A DNA stretch of 64,000 nucleotides from Eledone cirrhosa (GCA_964016885.1 OZ024746.1:79918001-79982000); one strand, 5' to 3'. Numbered from the stretch's first letter, positions 41,611 through 56,099 are shown. Made by a program: numbers and translations. The notes: a model not told the origin generated them from the sequence alone.

Positions 41611-43072
41611 GTGTCAACTTTTGGCACAAAGCCAGCAATTCGATACGAAGGGGAAGATTGTTTAAATCGACCCATGTGTGTTACTGGTATTCTATTTCAT
41701 CGACCCCGTATGGAGGAAACGCTACTACTACTACTACTACTGTTGCTGCTGCTACTACTATTAATAATTGTTTCTACATTTGGCACAAGGCCAGCAATTC
41801 ACCAGTACATTACTGGTACTTTATTTTATCGACCTCGCAAGGATGAAAGGCAAAGTTAACCTCGCCGGGATTTGAACTCAGATCGTAAAGGGAAGTAACT
41901 ATGCTGGAAAGCATGTCCGACCCTCTACCGATACTGCCAATTCACCGCTACTACTATTAATAATGATAATTGTTTCTACTTTTGGCACAAGGCCAGCAAT
42001 TATCCCAGTGTATTACTGGTACTATATTTTATCGACCCTGTAAGGATGAAAGGCAAAGTTAACCTCGGCGGGATTAATAATGATAACTGTTTCTACTTTT
42101 GGCACAAGGCCAGCAATTACCCAGTACATAAGTGGTACTTTATTTTATCGACCCCGTAAGGATGAAAGGCAAAGTTAACCTTGGCGCGATTTGAACTCAG
42201 AATGGCAAGGGGCGTAACTCTATGCGTCAAAGCATGGTGTCCGACCCTCTACCGATACTGCCAATCCACCGCCCCTTAATAATGATAATGTTTTCTGATT
42301 TTGGCACAAGGCCAACAATTTTACGGGAAGGAGAAAATCGATTAAATCGACCCCAGTGTGTTACTGGTTCGTTATTTTATCGGCAGTATCGGTAGAGGGT
42401 CGGACGCCATGCTTTCCAGTATAGTTACGTCCCTTTACGATCTGAGTTCAAATCCCGCCGAGGTTGACTTTGCCTTTCATCCTTACGGGGTCGATAAAAT
42501 AAAGTACCAGTAATGTACTGGGTAATTGCTGGCCTTGTGCCTAAAGTAGAAACAGTTATTTTATCGAGCCCGTATGGATGAAAGGCAAAGCTAATCTCGG
42601 CGTGATTAGAACTCAGAACGATAAAGGATGTGACTATATGCCGCAATGCCTGTTGTCCGGTGGTCTACAATATACTGCCAATCGGCCATAAAGGAGTATC
42701 CTTGGCCCTAAGACCACCTCCCTACTCACCACCATCGGCACGGAATTGGCTACCTGCAGGTGTGGGCCTGGCGAGCTGGAATGGCTCTTCCAGCGCGTCT
42801 CCCTCACCATCTTCTGGGGAAACGCCTTCTCTATTCTGTCCGCCGGGACCACGGGGCGGCCAGCGAGTGGACCCACATTTGCTTATAATATTTGTTTCTA
42901 CTTTAGGCACAAGGCCAGCGATTACCCAGTTCATTACTGGTACTTTATTTTATCGACCCCCGTAAGGATGAAAGGCAAAGTCAACCTCGGCGGGATTTGA
43001 ACTCAGATCGTAAAGGGACGTAACTATGCTGGAAAGCATGGCGTCCGACCCTCTACCGATACTGCCAATTAT
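41611..43072. mobile_element. Cluster of ~8 Nin/Deu-like SINE copies and fragments
   Basis: Repeated family sequence, mostly minus strand; one plus copy at 42381-42560. Confidence 0.85.
42693..42890 (+). pseudogene. CRE-like RLE non-LTR 3' terminal fragment
   Basis: LGPKTTSLLTTIG...ELEWLFQRVSLTIFWGNAFSIL fits the L.QR.S.A.QRGNA..IL terminus. Confidence 0.65.
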
Positions 43073-43779
43073 AATATTGAGATGGGGAGAGATGGAGTCA
43101 GTGACAGTGGGAGTTTGGTTCCATTGTGTTCAGACTTGATGTATATGTATATATATATTAGCGGCGATGAATTAGTTTAGCGAGGTTTTTATATGAAATC
43201 GTGTGTCGAAACAGATATTATTATACTTGGGGAGGGTCATATTATTTATTTACCACACCAAATATACCGCCAAAATAACAGCCATCCTTCAACCTTTCAG
43301 AACTATTAAATCAAGCGTCTACGTGGTATCCCCTACCATTCCTCTAAAAATGTATGACCACTACTAGGTCGAGGACGAATACGCCATTTGTATGAGCATT
43401 CCGATTCTGAAGGATGTTAAACGCTGATAGTCACATGGATTTAAGAACGCTCCTGTTTCAAGCAAAGCATAACCAACTAAGGAAATACGAATAACCCTTA
43501 ATAAAAATGATCAAACTGGTTCATAGTCGTGTTTTTAATATAACAAATATATATATGTGTTGCGTGTGTGTGTATATATGTGTATGTGTTTGTGTATGTG
43601 TGTTTGTGTGTGTGTGTTTGTGTTTGTGTCTGTGTCTGTGTGTGTTTGGGTGTGTCTATGTGGGTGTTTGTGTGTGTGTATGTGTGTGTTTGTGTGTGTC
43701 TATGTGTGTGTTTGTGTGTGTGTGTGTGAGATGTACGTTTGTGTGACACGAATATAGCTTTAAATGTATATCTGATTTG

Positions 43780-43965
43780 AATTGGCAGTATCGGTAGAGA
43801 GTCGGACGCTATGCTTTCCAGCATAGTTACGTCCCTTTACGATCTGAGTTCAAATCCCGCCGAGGTTGACTTTGCCTTTCATCCTTACGGGGTCGATAAA
43901 ATAAAGTACCAGTAATGTACTGAGATAATTGCTGGCCTTGTGCCAAAAAGTAGAAACAATTATTA
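43780..43965 (+). mobile_element. Nin/Deu-like SINE
   Basis: Same family. Confidence 0.85.
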
Positions 43966-44049
43966 TAAAATCATAAATTGAAAAATATATAGGCTCTCTC
44001 TCCTCTCACTCTCTTTCTCTCTCATTCAATACATATATATATACATATA

Positions 44050-44082
<33 letters not shown>

Positions 44083-44123
44083 AAATATATATTATATATA
44101 TATATATATTATATATACATATA

Positions 44124-44176
<53 letters not shown>

Positions 44177-44232
44177 ATATATATATTATATATACATATA
44201 TATACATATATATATGCATATATATATATATA

Positions 44233-44302
<70 letters not shown>

Positions 44303-44456
44303 TATATATACATACAAGGTGTGTCTATATATGTAATCTATACCATATATTTGAATGAATATTTATTTGGTTGTTTCTACAAGCATCTATATATGTGTTC
44401 GTCTCACTCACTCCCTTTCTCTATCAATCTCTCTCTCTCTCCCTCTCTCTCTCTCC

Positions 44457-44487
<31 letters not shown>

Positions 44488-44501
44488 ATTATATATATAA
44501 T

Positions 44502-44589
<88 letters not shown>

Positions 44590-44591
44590 AT

Positions 44592-44627
<36 letters not shown>

Positions 44628-44629
44628 AT

Positions 44630-44660
<31 letters not shown>

Positions 44661-44663
44661 TTA

Positions 44664-44705
<42 letters not shown>

Positions 44706-45489
44706 AAACATAAGAAGATTTATTCAAGATTGTGTATTTGTATATCTGTATGTGTATGTATATATATATATCTGTATGTGTATGTATGTCTGTAGGTGTA
44801 TGTACATCTGTATGTGTCTGTATGTGTATGTATGTCTGTATGTGTATGTATATATGTATGTGTATGTATGTATGTATGTGTATGTATATCTGTATGTGTA
44901 TGTATGTATGTGTATGTATATCTGTAGGTGTATGTATATCTGTATGTGTCTGTATGTGTATGTATGTCTGTATGTGTATGTATATCTGTATGTGTATGTA
45001 TGTATGTATGTGTATGTATGTATGTATGTACGTATGTGTATGTATATATGTATGTGTATGTATGTATGTATGTATGTATGTGTATGTATATCTGTATGTG
45101 TATGTATGTATGTGTATGTATATCTGTATGTGTATGTATGTGTGTGTATGTATGTATGTATGTATGTGTATGTATATATGTATGTTTATGTAAATATGTA
45201 TGATTACATGTACACGTCTACGATTTTAGGAAATCACACTGAAAATAGAAATGCGCATTTTTTTTTTTAATATATAATTATTATTATCATTATTATCATC
45301 ATCATCATCATCCTCATCATCATCATCATCAATATTATCATCATGAAAAGAAAAATACACACGTCTTGTTTTTGTGTTTATTTATTAGCAATATTATTGT
45401 CATTATAATGATAATAACAATACTACTACTACTACTACTTTATTTTTATTATTTTTATTATTATTATCATAATAATAATAATAATAATA

Positions 45490-45549
<60 letters not shown>

Positions 45550-46069
45550 TATTCATTCATTCGTTTATTCATTCATTCGTTTATTCATTTATTCATTTAT
45601 TTGATGATATATTTTTTTTATTTATTTTTTTTTTTTTTTGATAATTAAATTTCAATTAAATTCTTTCGGATACCACATCACATTATATCGCTTCAATATT
45701 CAGGGTTGGTGGTAGGGTGAGAGGGGCAATAGAAAACTGCCAGATTTCGGCTGTGTAGACGTCACTCAAATTTGTTGAGATGTAATGATTTCTTGGGAGT
45801 TTCAATTTCTTGATATTCAGAGACACATTGAAGAACTAAAGAATTGAAGAAGATTATTAAAGACACTTGAAGAATGTAAGATCGGAAATTAATTAAGAAA
45901 ACATTGAGATGTAATTCTTCCTGCAGACATGTATTTTGCGCTTCTAACTCTTGTGTCTGGTTTTTCCATTTTTGTTTGTTTATTTTGTTTTGTTTGTGTT
46001 CGTGTTATTGTAATACTTTTATTTCTTTATATCTTCTTATATACATATATACATACTCACACACATATA

Positions 46070-46157
<88 letters not shown>

Positions 46158-46159
46158 AG

Positions 46160-46198
<39 letters not shown>

Positions 46199-46226
46199 GC
46201 ATTCACACGCACACACACATATAAAC

Positions 46227-46277
<51 letters not shown>

Positions 46278-46329
46278 AGTATGTATGTATGTATATATAT
46301 ACATATATATATATACATATACATATATA

Positions 46330-46415
46330 TGTGTGTGTCTGTGTGTGTGTGAATGCATATGTATATATATATATATATATACATATATATATGCGTATCT
46401 ATGTATATACATTTA

Positions 46416-46486
<71 letters not shown>

Positions 46487-46757
46487 CGTTCCTTCATCCA
46501 TTAATTCAATCCCCCCTCCCACTCTCTCTCTCTCTATATATATATAAATGCATGTATGTATATATATATATATGTATAAAAGGTAAACAGAAATAACAAC
46601 ACAACCGGTACAGTATATGGAAGGGATATATAAGGTTAACGCTTGACATGGCAGGAAGAGGGTCTTAACGTTTCGGACGCTAGTCCTTCATCAGAAGAAA
46701 TAATGAGAAATAAGATAGAATGAGGGGACGTGTGGGATGGAATTGGCAAAAATGTCT
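46330..46757 (-). mobile_element. HHR element family K including its microsatellite flank
   Basis: Homologous to 59850-60335. Confidence 0.75.
46663..46698 (-). ncRNA. Minimal hammerhead ribozyme, family K (GUU site)
   Basis: tctt-CTGATGA-a-ggac tagc gtcc-GAAA-cg-TT-aaga. Confidence 0.8.
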
Positions 46758-46894
46758 TACATACATGTATGCATATACGTGTATATATATATATATACAC
46801 CACCACCCCACTCTACAGAGCGTGAAATTAATAAACATTCGTTGTACTGCCTCTCTGTTTTGTTCCTGTTCAAATTTTTCCATTATATATATAT

Positions 46895-47078
46895 ATTCGC
46901 AATCGTAAGGTTGTGAGTTCGATTCCTGGACCAGGCGATGCGTTATGTCCTTGAGCAAGACACTTTATTTCACGTTGCTCCTTCTACCTGGAGTTGCGAC
47001 CGATAGATAGTATTAGCAATTGGAAAGACCAACGGAAACATTGTTCCCTCGGTCCGATTTGACGAAAGTCGATCGTTC

Positions 47079-47080
<2 letters not shown>
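46895..47080 (+). mobile_element. tRNA/CORE-like SINE with distinct structured tail
   Basis: B box gagttcgattcct, CORE-like segment; second copy at 56630-56850. Confidence 0.8.
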
Positions 47081-47144
<64 letters not shown>

Positions 47145-47219
47145 CATGCATATATATATAATATATATATGCATGTATATATGTATATATATATATGAAC
47201 ATATATATATATATATGTG

Positions 47220-47251
<32 letters not shown>

Positions 47252-47300
47252 TATACATATATACATGCATATATATATATATTATATATATATATATATG

Positions 47301-47355
<55 letters not shown>

Positions 47356-47600
47356 AAATATGTATATATATATATATATATACATATATACATGCATTTA
47401 TATATATATGCATGTATGTATGTAAATATATATATATATATATATATAGTATATATATAGTAGGATCCGCATAAGGTGAATCATTTGTTCTCAGTATGGT
47501 GAACTAACTGTTGTGGAACTACTTCTACCACACTCCGCCCATGGACTGACTGCTCTACTACTACCATAAACACAGAGCTGGCATATCTAAGAACTGACTA

Positions 47601-47656
47601 ACTGCCTGATGAGGTCATAGCCATTCAATGGCTATCATCTAAATACATATAGCAGT
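47601..47656 (+). ncRNA. Hammerhead motif, family L (G12U)
   Basis: actgc-CTGATGA-ggt..atagcc/ggctat..atc-TAAA-tacata-TA-gcagt, then AATAAA. Confidence 0.65.
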
Positions 47657-47825
47657 AAATAAAGGATTATGAGTTCATGCAATTGACTTATGTTTCGTCA
47701 CTATATAAATATATATATATATTATATATATATACATATATGTATACATATATATATATATCAAGCGTGACCCTAATACTAACACTTTGTACTGCACTCT
47801 TCGTTATTGTTTTTGTTTTCTGTTT

Positions 47826-47878
<53 letters not shown>

Positions 47879-48298
47879 TCATCAGATGCTCATAGAATCG
47901 TGGGTGTAGTTATGCATTCATGGAGATGCGTCACTAGTCATGTATTACCATGCCGTTGTGATGCCAGCAGACGTGTCTGTGTAAGACTGAAGGGTCAAAA
48001 TTATAAAAGGGATAGTTTTGGTTTAAAAGGCATTGCACTCACAAACATACACATGCACGTACACACAAACACACCCACAAACACACAGATGCATTGATAC
48101 ATCATACAAACATACTCCCTTATATATTACACATTTCCTTTGTCCTTGCTTTTCTTCCAAGTTTTCTGTTTTAGTAATATATTGTAACTATTATAGGGGG
48201 AAACATTACTGCGTGGTTGTTTTACACCCCGTAGATAAAACAACCCTCAACACCAGGAGCACGTTTTGTAGGTGTTCTCGTCTTCCCTCTTTTTGTCT

Positions 48299-48331
48299 TA
48301 GATAGATAGATAGATAGATAGATAGAGAGAG

Positions 48332-48406
<75 letters not shown>

Positions 48407-48407
48407 G

Positions 48408-48446
<39 letters not shown>

Positions 48447-48451
48447 GAGAG

Positions 48452-48482
<31 letters not shown>

Positions 48483-48515
48483 GAGAGAGATAGATAGATA
48501 GATAGATAGAGAGAG

Positions 48516-48572
<57 letters not shown>

Positions 48573-48635
48573 CATAGATAGATAGATACATAAATAGATA
48601 GATAGATACATAAATAGATAGTTAGATAGATAGAT
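48299..48635 (+). repeat. (GATA)n
   Basis: Direct inspection. Confidence 0.95.
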
Positions 48636-49066
48636 AAAAATTCAAAACTTGATACACATCTGTAAATAATAGTGTTTGTAAGTGTTATCTTCATATAAAA
48701 TCATGTCTGCAACTTATTCTCCATATGTACCGTATGCACTCTGTGCACCTATGCACTCTGTGCACTATATGCACCATATGTACTATATTTGTTGAATTAT
48801 AGTTGTTTTGTCTTTCAGAGTCCTTTATTATTTTGGTTTGTCTTAAAACTATTTTGTTATTTTGTTGTGTGTGTGTAAGTATGTTTTTGTTGTTTGATTA
48901 TTTTTTTTCTTTTGCTATTTTTGTTGATTAACCCGCCATTTGCCATGGCTGCCGTGTAACACGGAATTCAGTAGCCATTTTGAATGAAATTTTATTCCCT
49001 TCAGCTATTCACCCCCACCTCTCTGTTTCCCTCTCAACCCCTCTCTCGCTTTCTCTCTCTATCTCT

Positions 49067-49140
<74 letters not shown>

Positions 49141-49290
49141 TATATATATACACGCATACACACATATACACGCACACGCACACCCATACACAGATTTTCT
49201 CAACATTTCCCCACAAACTCTTTCAATTCTGGCTATTATCTTTCTCCTTATTTTCTTTCTTCGTTCTGTTAAGTTCTGACGTTCTCAGAT

Positions 49291-49372
<82 letters not shown>

Positions 49373-49413
49373 TATATATATATATAAATAAATATATATA
49401 TATATATATATAA

Positions 49414-49471
<58 letters not shown>

Positions 49472-49762
49472 GTGTGTGTGTGTGTGTGAGAGAGAGAGTG
49501 TGTGTGTGTGTATATATTTAAATATATATACATATATATATATGTGTGTGTGTGTATGTGTGCTTATCTAGTTTACAGGCAATCTACATACCCATTTATC
49601 AAGCTATACTTCTATCTACCTATATATCCATTTATCCATCTTTATTTTTCTTTCTCTGTTCTTCCTACTTTCATAGTCTATCTCTTAATGTATATCCATC
49701 TTCCTTCTCTCTCACTCCTTCTCTCACACATTCACGCTCTCCCTTACTCTCTCTCCCTTACC

Positions 49763-49838
<76 letters not shown>

Positions 49839-50180
49839 AACACACACAATCTCTCTCACACACTCTCTTGTTCTCTCTATTGATTTTACTTTTTGCTTCT
49901 CTCTCACACTCACTGACACTGGTCCTCCATATTTTCCCCCTCCCACTCTCACTCCCATTTTCTCTACTATATATATCACTATTACTACTCCTCATTCTCA
50001 CACAATCTACTTGAATTATTTCCATCTTTGTTCTACTACTTTAATATTTATTTTGTTTTTTTCATTTATATTCAAACATACATACATACATACATGCATA
50101 CATACATACATACACACATACATACATACATACATACATACATACATACATACATACATACATACATACATACATACATA

Positions 50181-52168
50181 AAGACAGAGAGGGAGGACTC
50201 TATTTTCATTGATAAAATAAAATATTGCAGACATATATTTCAGGGGGACAGTCTCCCTGTGATATTATTCATCTTGTCATTAAACCCCTTGTCCTTTCTG
50301 CTCAAGAAATGTGAGGGATACATCATTGGCTCACAGGAGGACAAAAATACGAACCTACCCATGATTTCTTTGTGGACGATCTGAAACTCTATGCCAAGAA
50401 CATGGATGGGATGAATAAAAATCTTGACCTGGTTACAACGTTCTCAAAGGATATAGGAATGGAGTTTGGCCAAGATAAATGCTCATACATGACTGTCAAG
50501 TGGGGAAAAACAACAACCCACTCTAACAACATTGTCATCAATGGCCTAACTGTTTCACCGATATCTGATGAGGACTGCTACAGATACCTGGGGATAGATG
50601 AGAACATATCCTATAATGGTATCTGTAATAAAGAACGCGTAACCAGGGAATACTACACCCGATTAAGAAAGATCTGGTCATCGGGACTCTCTGCGCAAAA
50701 CAAACCAGTGGCTCACAAAGTGTTTGCTGCGCCTGTCCTAACACCAACGTTTGGAATTCTCAATTGGACGATAGACGAAATCCGAGCAGTTGATGTTGGA
50801 ACTCGAAAAATACTGAACAACACCGGAAACTTCCACATCAACAGTGACATAGACCACCTTTACTTGAAACGTAAGCAGGAAGGCAGAGGCCTAACATCAG
50901 TCCAGACAACATTTGAATGTCGCATCATATCTCTCCGGCAACATCTACGAACCTCGATGCGTAGGAGCCCGTTTCTCAAGCAAGTCTATCTGCATGAAAC
51001 AGATAAGATCATGAGAGTTGGGAAAGAACTCATTGAGAGATATTCCCTGTGTGATAATCAAAAACTCACACCCAGGGATGTCGCTCAGCAGTATCGCAGT
51101 GAATCCATGGATGAAAAACTGCATGCCTATCAGCAAAAAATCATGCATGGATATGTTGCCAGGAAGCTCCAGAGTGAGAGTAATATAGATAAGGAAAGTA
51201 GTCTATCTTGGACCAACAACCGCTATATTGGCTCCCACTTTGAAGGATACGCTTTTGCAATCCAGGAACAGTAGATTAGCACGAAATACCTGATTCACAA
51301 AAGAGATAGGGATGCAGGCAAAATACCTAGATGTGATAACAAGTGCAGACTCTGCAGAACTAACATCGAGGTTATCACCCATGTCATCAGCAGCTGTCCA
51401 AAGATGTCATCGCGGTACTATCTACCTATGAGGCATGATGTAGTGGCCAAAACACTGTACAATGCAGTCCGTAAAAAAAATAGCCCCGATAATAAACACA
51501 TTAAAAGCTACAACAATGTGGAAGACATCCATGTACATAATATAAAAGAGTACTGGTGCAATGTTCCAGTAAAAACCCCAATAAAATGCAGGCATAACAG
51601 ACCAGATATTATGATATGGGACAGGGAGAAGAAAACATGCACAGTAGTAGTGGAAATTAGCTGCCCAGCAGAAGCCAATATAATATCAAAGATTAGTGAA
51701 AAGGAGAATATTTATGCAGAACTGATGAGAAATCTGCAGATACTCCACCCTGATTACACCTTCAGATTTATGCCTGTGGTTATTGGGGCACTGGGATATG
51801 TTAGTAACTGCCTCAATACAAATCTTGAGAAGCTAGGCTTCACAGGAATAGAAAGAACACAAATAGTTAGGAAATTACAAGTACAATCCATTAAGGGAAC
51901 AGTAAAAATATGTAAAACATTCCAAAAATGTTGCATCTAATAAATGCATATACACATGTACAGATGCAAAGCATATACACATGCACACATACAACTCAAA
52001 ACATACACATCCACACATACAATAACATCCATATCTACACATGCATGCATACATACATACCTAGCAAGTTGATGTTGTGTAAATTCCAATGAGAGAGTCT
52101 TGTGTCTATGTTAGAAACCGACTCTCTCTCTATTGGTAAAACTTTGTGAAATTTTAAAACCAAAAGAA
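50181..52168 (+). pseudogene. 5'-truncated, disrupted R4/Dong-like RLE non-LTR retrotransposon in (CATA)n
   Basis: QGDSL, VDDLKLY, YRYLG, GGRGL-like, CRLC..H...C, RHD, RPD..I.D, VEIS; frameshift ~50350 and stop at 51272-51274. Confidence 0.9.
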
Positions 52169-52398
52169 CATACATACATACATACATACATACATACATA
52201 CATACATACATACATACATACATACATACATACTTCTATCCATCCATATATCCATCCATCCATCTATACATACATACATACATACATACATACATACATA
52301 CATACATACATACATACATACATACATACATACTTCTATCCATCCATATATCCATCCATCCATCTATACATACATACATACATACATACATACATACA

Positions 52399-54370
52399 AA
52401 ATGATTCAGGAAAAAACAACAAAGAATCGCAGAAACATGACTGTCGTGTGGCTGGACTATCAAAAAGCATTTGATAGTGTACCTCATGGGTGGATTATTA
52501 AGGCTTTACAGTTAGCTAAAGTCCCACAACCATTAGTAGCTGCTGTTGAACGCCTGACCAAGAACTGGTACACCAATTTGATCCTTAGAGGTGAGAAGGA
52601 GCAGGTTAAGACTGATAGGATACATTACCAGAAGGGCATCTTTCAGGGTGATAGCTTGTCAGTACTACTCTTCGTTCTCTCACTGAATCCACTATCTTAC
52701 CTACTCAGGAAACAAGGTGGACAAAGAAGTGGGCCCAGAAGTATCTCCCATCTTTTCTTTGTTGATGACCTGAAGTTGTATGGGCCAAATATCAATGACA
52801 TCAAGAAACAATTGGACCTCATTACACAATTTTCAACCGACATCAAAATGAAATTTGGTGAGTCCAAGTGTGCATATTTGGCAGTAAAACGTGGAAGAGC
52901 TGTGCCCTCCTCTAGAAATCTAGATATGAACGGCCTGACAATACAACCTCTGCAGTCAGGTGATAACTACAGATATCTTGGACAGGATGAGAATGTCAGA
53001 TATGATGGACCCATAAATAAGGAGAGAACCAGAACTGAATACCTCAGAAGAGTAAAAAAAATATGGTCATCAGAACTGTCAGCATACAACAAATACATTG
53101 CCCACAATACCTATGCTGTGCCAATTATAACGCCAACATTTGGCCTACTGAACTGGTCATTGCAAGAACTAAGTGAGATGGATGTTAGAACTCGTAAACT
53201 TCTCAGTGTTACTGGGAACTTTAACATCAATGGTGATGTGGATAGGCTATACTTCTCACGCAAGGAAGGTGGCCGGGGTCTAAAATCAATATTAACAACA
53301 TATGAGACCCGGATAGTAACACTGAAGCAACACCTTCAACAGAGGAAAAAGGTTGGCGACCATCTTGCTCAGGTTTATGAGCATGAAAAAAGAAATATCA
53401 TTAGAATAGCGACTGATCTGGAGGAGATATATGGAATAAAGCCTGATATAAATCTCTCACCCAGAGAAATCGGAAGATCCTATTCAATGTTCAAACAAGA
53501 AAAAAAAATTGACCAATTTACAGAGAAAGTTGTGCATGGATACTTGAGGCGTAAAACACAGACCATAGAGGGGATAAACCACTCAAAAAGCCTGGCATGG
53601 AGTTCCGACAAGTTTATGACATCACACCTTGAGGGATATCTCTATGCAATACAGGAACAAGAACTCCCTACCAAATATCTGCTGCACAAAAGAGGAGGGC
53701 CAGCAGCTGACAATAAATGTAGGCTATGTAAAACAAAGATCGAGGATGTAAGCCACATTGTTGCCAGCTGCGAAAGAATGTCATCTCGCTACTACCTCCC
53801 CATGAGACACGATGGGATAGCTAGAACTATCTGGAACGCACTTCGGAAAACAAAATTAACAACAAACGAGGAAGAATATATTGAGACAGATGGCACTAAG
53901 GAATACTGGTGGAACCTGAAAATAAAAACTGCCACCAAATTAAAGCACAACCGGCCTGATATTGTAGTTTGGGACCACACATTGAAAACGTGTTCTGTTG
54001 TGGAGATCAGCTGCCCACTTGATGTAAACGTTGTCAGAAAAATACAGGAGAAGGAGGACATCTACGGACCATTGATGAGGAGCTTACAAATCCAGTATCC
54101 AATATACACCTTTAGCTTCATACCCATCATTATTGGTGCTACGGGTTATATACCAACCCGCTTGGACCAAAGTATGACCGAACTTGGATTTGCGGACAAA
54201 AAGCGCAGCTCCCTAATTCATAGTCTACAAATGGCTGCGATAGCTGGCACCTTCAAAATATGCAAAACATTCTTGCGATTCAAGGGATGACAATTTCTTT
54301 TCTTTTACAACCTTGCCACCAGGAAGGTGGCCGGTCAAAAAAATATACTCGAAATTAAGAGAAAGAGAAA
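52399..54370 (+). mobile_element. R4/Dong-like element including short 3' UTR, flanked by (CATA)n
   Basis: Both junctions lie in CATA arrays. Confidence 0.9.
52401..54290 (+). CDS. R4/Dong-like retrotransposon ORF (RT, CCHC knuckle, restriction-like endonuclease); 5'-truncated but uninterrupted
   Basis: DYQKAFDSVPH, QGDSLS, FVDDLKL, GGRGL, CRLC-H-C, RHD, RPDIVVWD, VEIS. Confidence 0.92.
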   Translation: MIQEKTTKNRRNMTVVWLDYQKAFDSVPHGWIIKALQLAKVPQPLVAAVERLTKNWYTNLILRGEKEQVKTDRIHYQKGIFQGDSLSVLLFVLSLNPLSYLLRKQGGQRSGPRSISHLFFVDDLKLYGPNINDIKKQLDLITQFSTDIKMKFGESKCAYLAVKRGRAVPSSRNLDMNGLTIQPLQSGDNYRYLGQDENVRYDGPINKERTRTEYLRRVKKIWSSELSAYNKYIAHNTYAVPIITPTFGLLNWSLQELSEMDVRTRKLLSVTGNFNINGDVDRLYFSRKEGGRGLKSILTTYETRIVTLKQHLQQRKKVGDHLAQVYEHEKRNIIRIATDLEEIYGIKPDINLSPREIGRSYSMFKQEKKIDQFTEKVVHGYLRRKTQTIEGINHSKSLAWSSDKFMTSHLEGYLYAIQEQELPTKYLLHKRGGPAADNKCRLCKTKIEDVSHIVASCERMSSRYYLPMRHDGIARTIWNALRKTKLTTNEEEYIETDGTKEYWWNLKIKTATKLKHNRPDIVVWDHTLKTCSVVEISCPLDVNVVRKIQEKEDIYGPLMRSLQIQYPIYTFSFIPIIIGATGYIPTRLDQSMTELGFADKKRSSLIHSLQMAAIAGTFKICKTFLRFKG

Positions 54371-54433
54371 ACATACATACATCCAACTATTCATACATAC
54401 ATACATACATACATACATACATACATACATACA

Positions 54434-54467
<34 letters not shown>

Positions 54468-54474
54468 CATACAT

Positions 54475-54800
54475 TGATAAAGACCCCCTTCTGTCACAAA
54501 TGACCATAGGATTTACACCGAGACACAAGTCCAGGCAAGGTTGTTTGTGGATGACCAGCAGTCGCCTATGCACACCAGTCCCTCCTCTCCACGCCGCCCA
54601 TGTTGTCCAATGGAAAGGCAATGGACGAACCGCTTGGCACTAGTAACGTCGCAACTCATTTCTACAGCTGAGTAACCTGAAGCAACGTGAAATAAAGTGT
54701 CTTACTCAAGAACACAACGCCAAGCCCGGTCCAAGAATTGAATTCACAACCTCATAACTGTAAGCCCGACTCTCAAACCACTAAGCCATGTTCCTTCGCT
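54475..54800 (-). mobile_element. tRNA/CORE-like SINE
   Basis: gcaacgtgaaataaagtgtcttactcaagaacacaacg...accactaagcc. Confidence 0.75.
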
Positions 54801-54818
54801 ACATACATACATACACAC

Positions 54819-55752
54819 ATGGTGGCTGCCAACTCGTTTTCGAGTACGGCCACTACTTTATATCCATGTAGGAGAACCCCTACCGATGCGCTGAACGAGT
54901 GTGACTTTTTAGTCCAGCCAGCTACTTGAAAACTCTGGTACAAACACTACACTTGTGACAATTATTGACACATAGTGCTTTACCTTTGGTACCATGTGAC
55001 GACAAGTGCAGAGAGATCTCCAGATACAAAGCAATGCCTGTGCCATGAAGCTTTTATAGTGAGCAAAGGCACTGCACAAAGCCAGTCCCACTCTCTTAAC
55101 CAAGATGATATTTACCAAAAAGAAGAACAAGTCAACATCATTGGATACCATCAGGGTTGCAGGTGTTATATCAGAGTTTTCCTTCATACACACATACATA
55201 CATATATACACACATGCATATATACATGATGACTGCCCCCTCGATATCGAGTATGGCCATTGCACGATATACCATTATTAATCATTATTCATTAATTCTA
55301 TCGTGCAATGCCTGTGCGTGGAGATATTTTTTAAAGTGCACTAAGCCAATCCCACTCTCTGAGCGACAGTAGTTATAACCCGAAAAGAAGAAAAGATCAA
55401 CATCATCGGTAACTACTGAGCCGCAGGTTTTATATCGGAGTTATCCTAGTTTCCTGAGTTGCCTTCTCCTAGAAGAATGCCCTGACAAAGGCTAGGGGTC
55501 CTTCACTCCCAGTGGTTTAACCGCACGGTACATGTGTATATACATATTTACACACTTTTGAATGGCCGTTGACTGTTATGAGTTCTTCGGCCCTTTGTCA
55601 GGTTTTGTTTTTTGTCCTGCAGGGTGTCCAAAAGCACCCTCCTCACCAAGTAAACTTGGTGGGGTTGCCGGTTTAGTCGCCGACGACCCGACCATGCGAC
55701 AAGTTGTACTGGGTTACATGTTACCAGTAGCACTCAAGAGTGACCCGACATA
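54819..55752 (-). mobile_element. Non-coding RTE-UTR-like elements (two related pieces: 54819-55185, 55229-55752)
   Basis: Homologous to 58868-59473; ctaggagaagg motif recalls RTE 5' UTRs. Confidence 0.55.
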
Positions 55753-56099
55753 ACATACATAGTAAATAAGTAAATAACTTGAATTCAGAAACATCTCACA
55801 CCTCCATTGGCTAAGTATTAATCACATCAGAAAACAGTCTTGTCTCGTTACTCAATATTCCACAGATATTTGGGCGGAATTTGTTGAGACCAACTGTATA
55901 TATATATCGTGGTGACATAAGCAAGACTTATGCAACACCAAAAGCGATTACATATAAACAGCTATAAAACCAGTTTACTACGTGACAGGAACAGTTAGTA
56001 TGATGCATCCATTAACAAATTGAGAGCATGAAATGACTACCTCAAGAAAGTAAAGCGTTAGGTAAAAAAAAATAAATAAATAAAAAAAAAGTGTATAAA

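Noticed and set aside
41760-42300. CRISPR-like repeat/spacer appearance
   Set aside because: Tandem SINE fragments in eukaryotic DNA; no cas genes
47873-47890. gcat-CTGATGA-agtcac (minus)
   Set aside because: Cut by a TA array; second half not found
52401-52403. ATG as the true start of the R4 ORF
   Set aside because: RT begins mid-domain at the CATA junction, i.e. a 5' truncation
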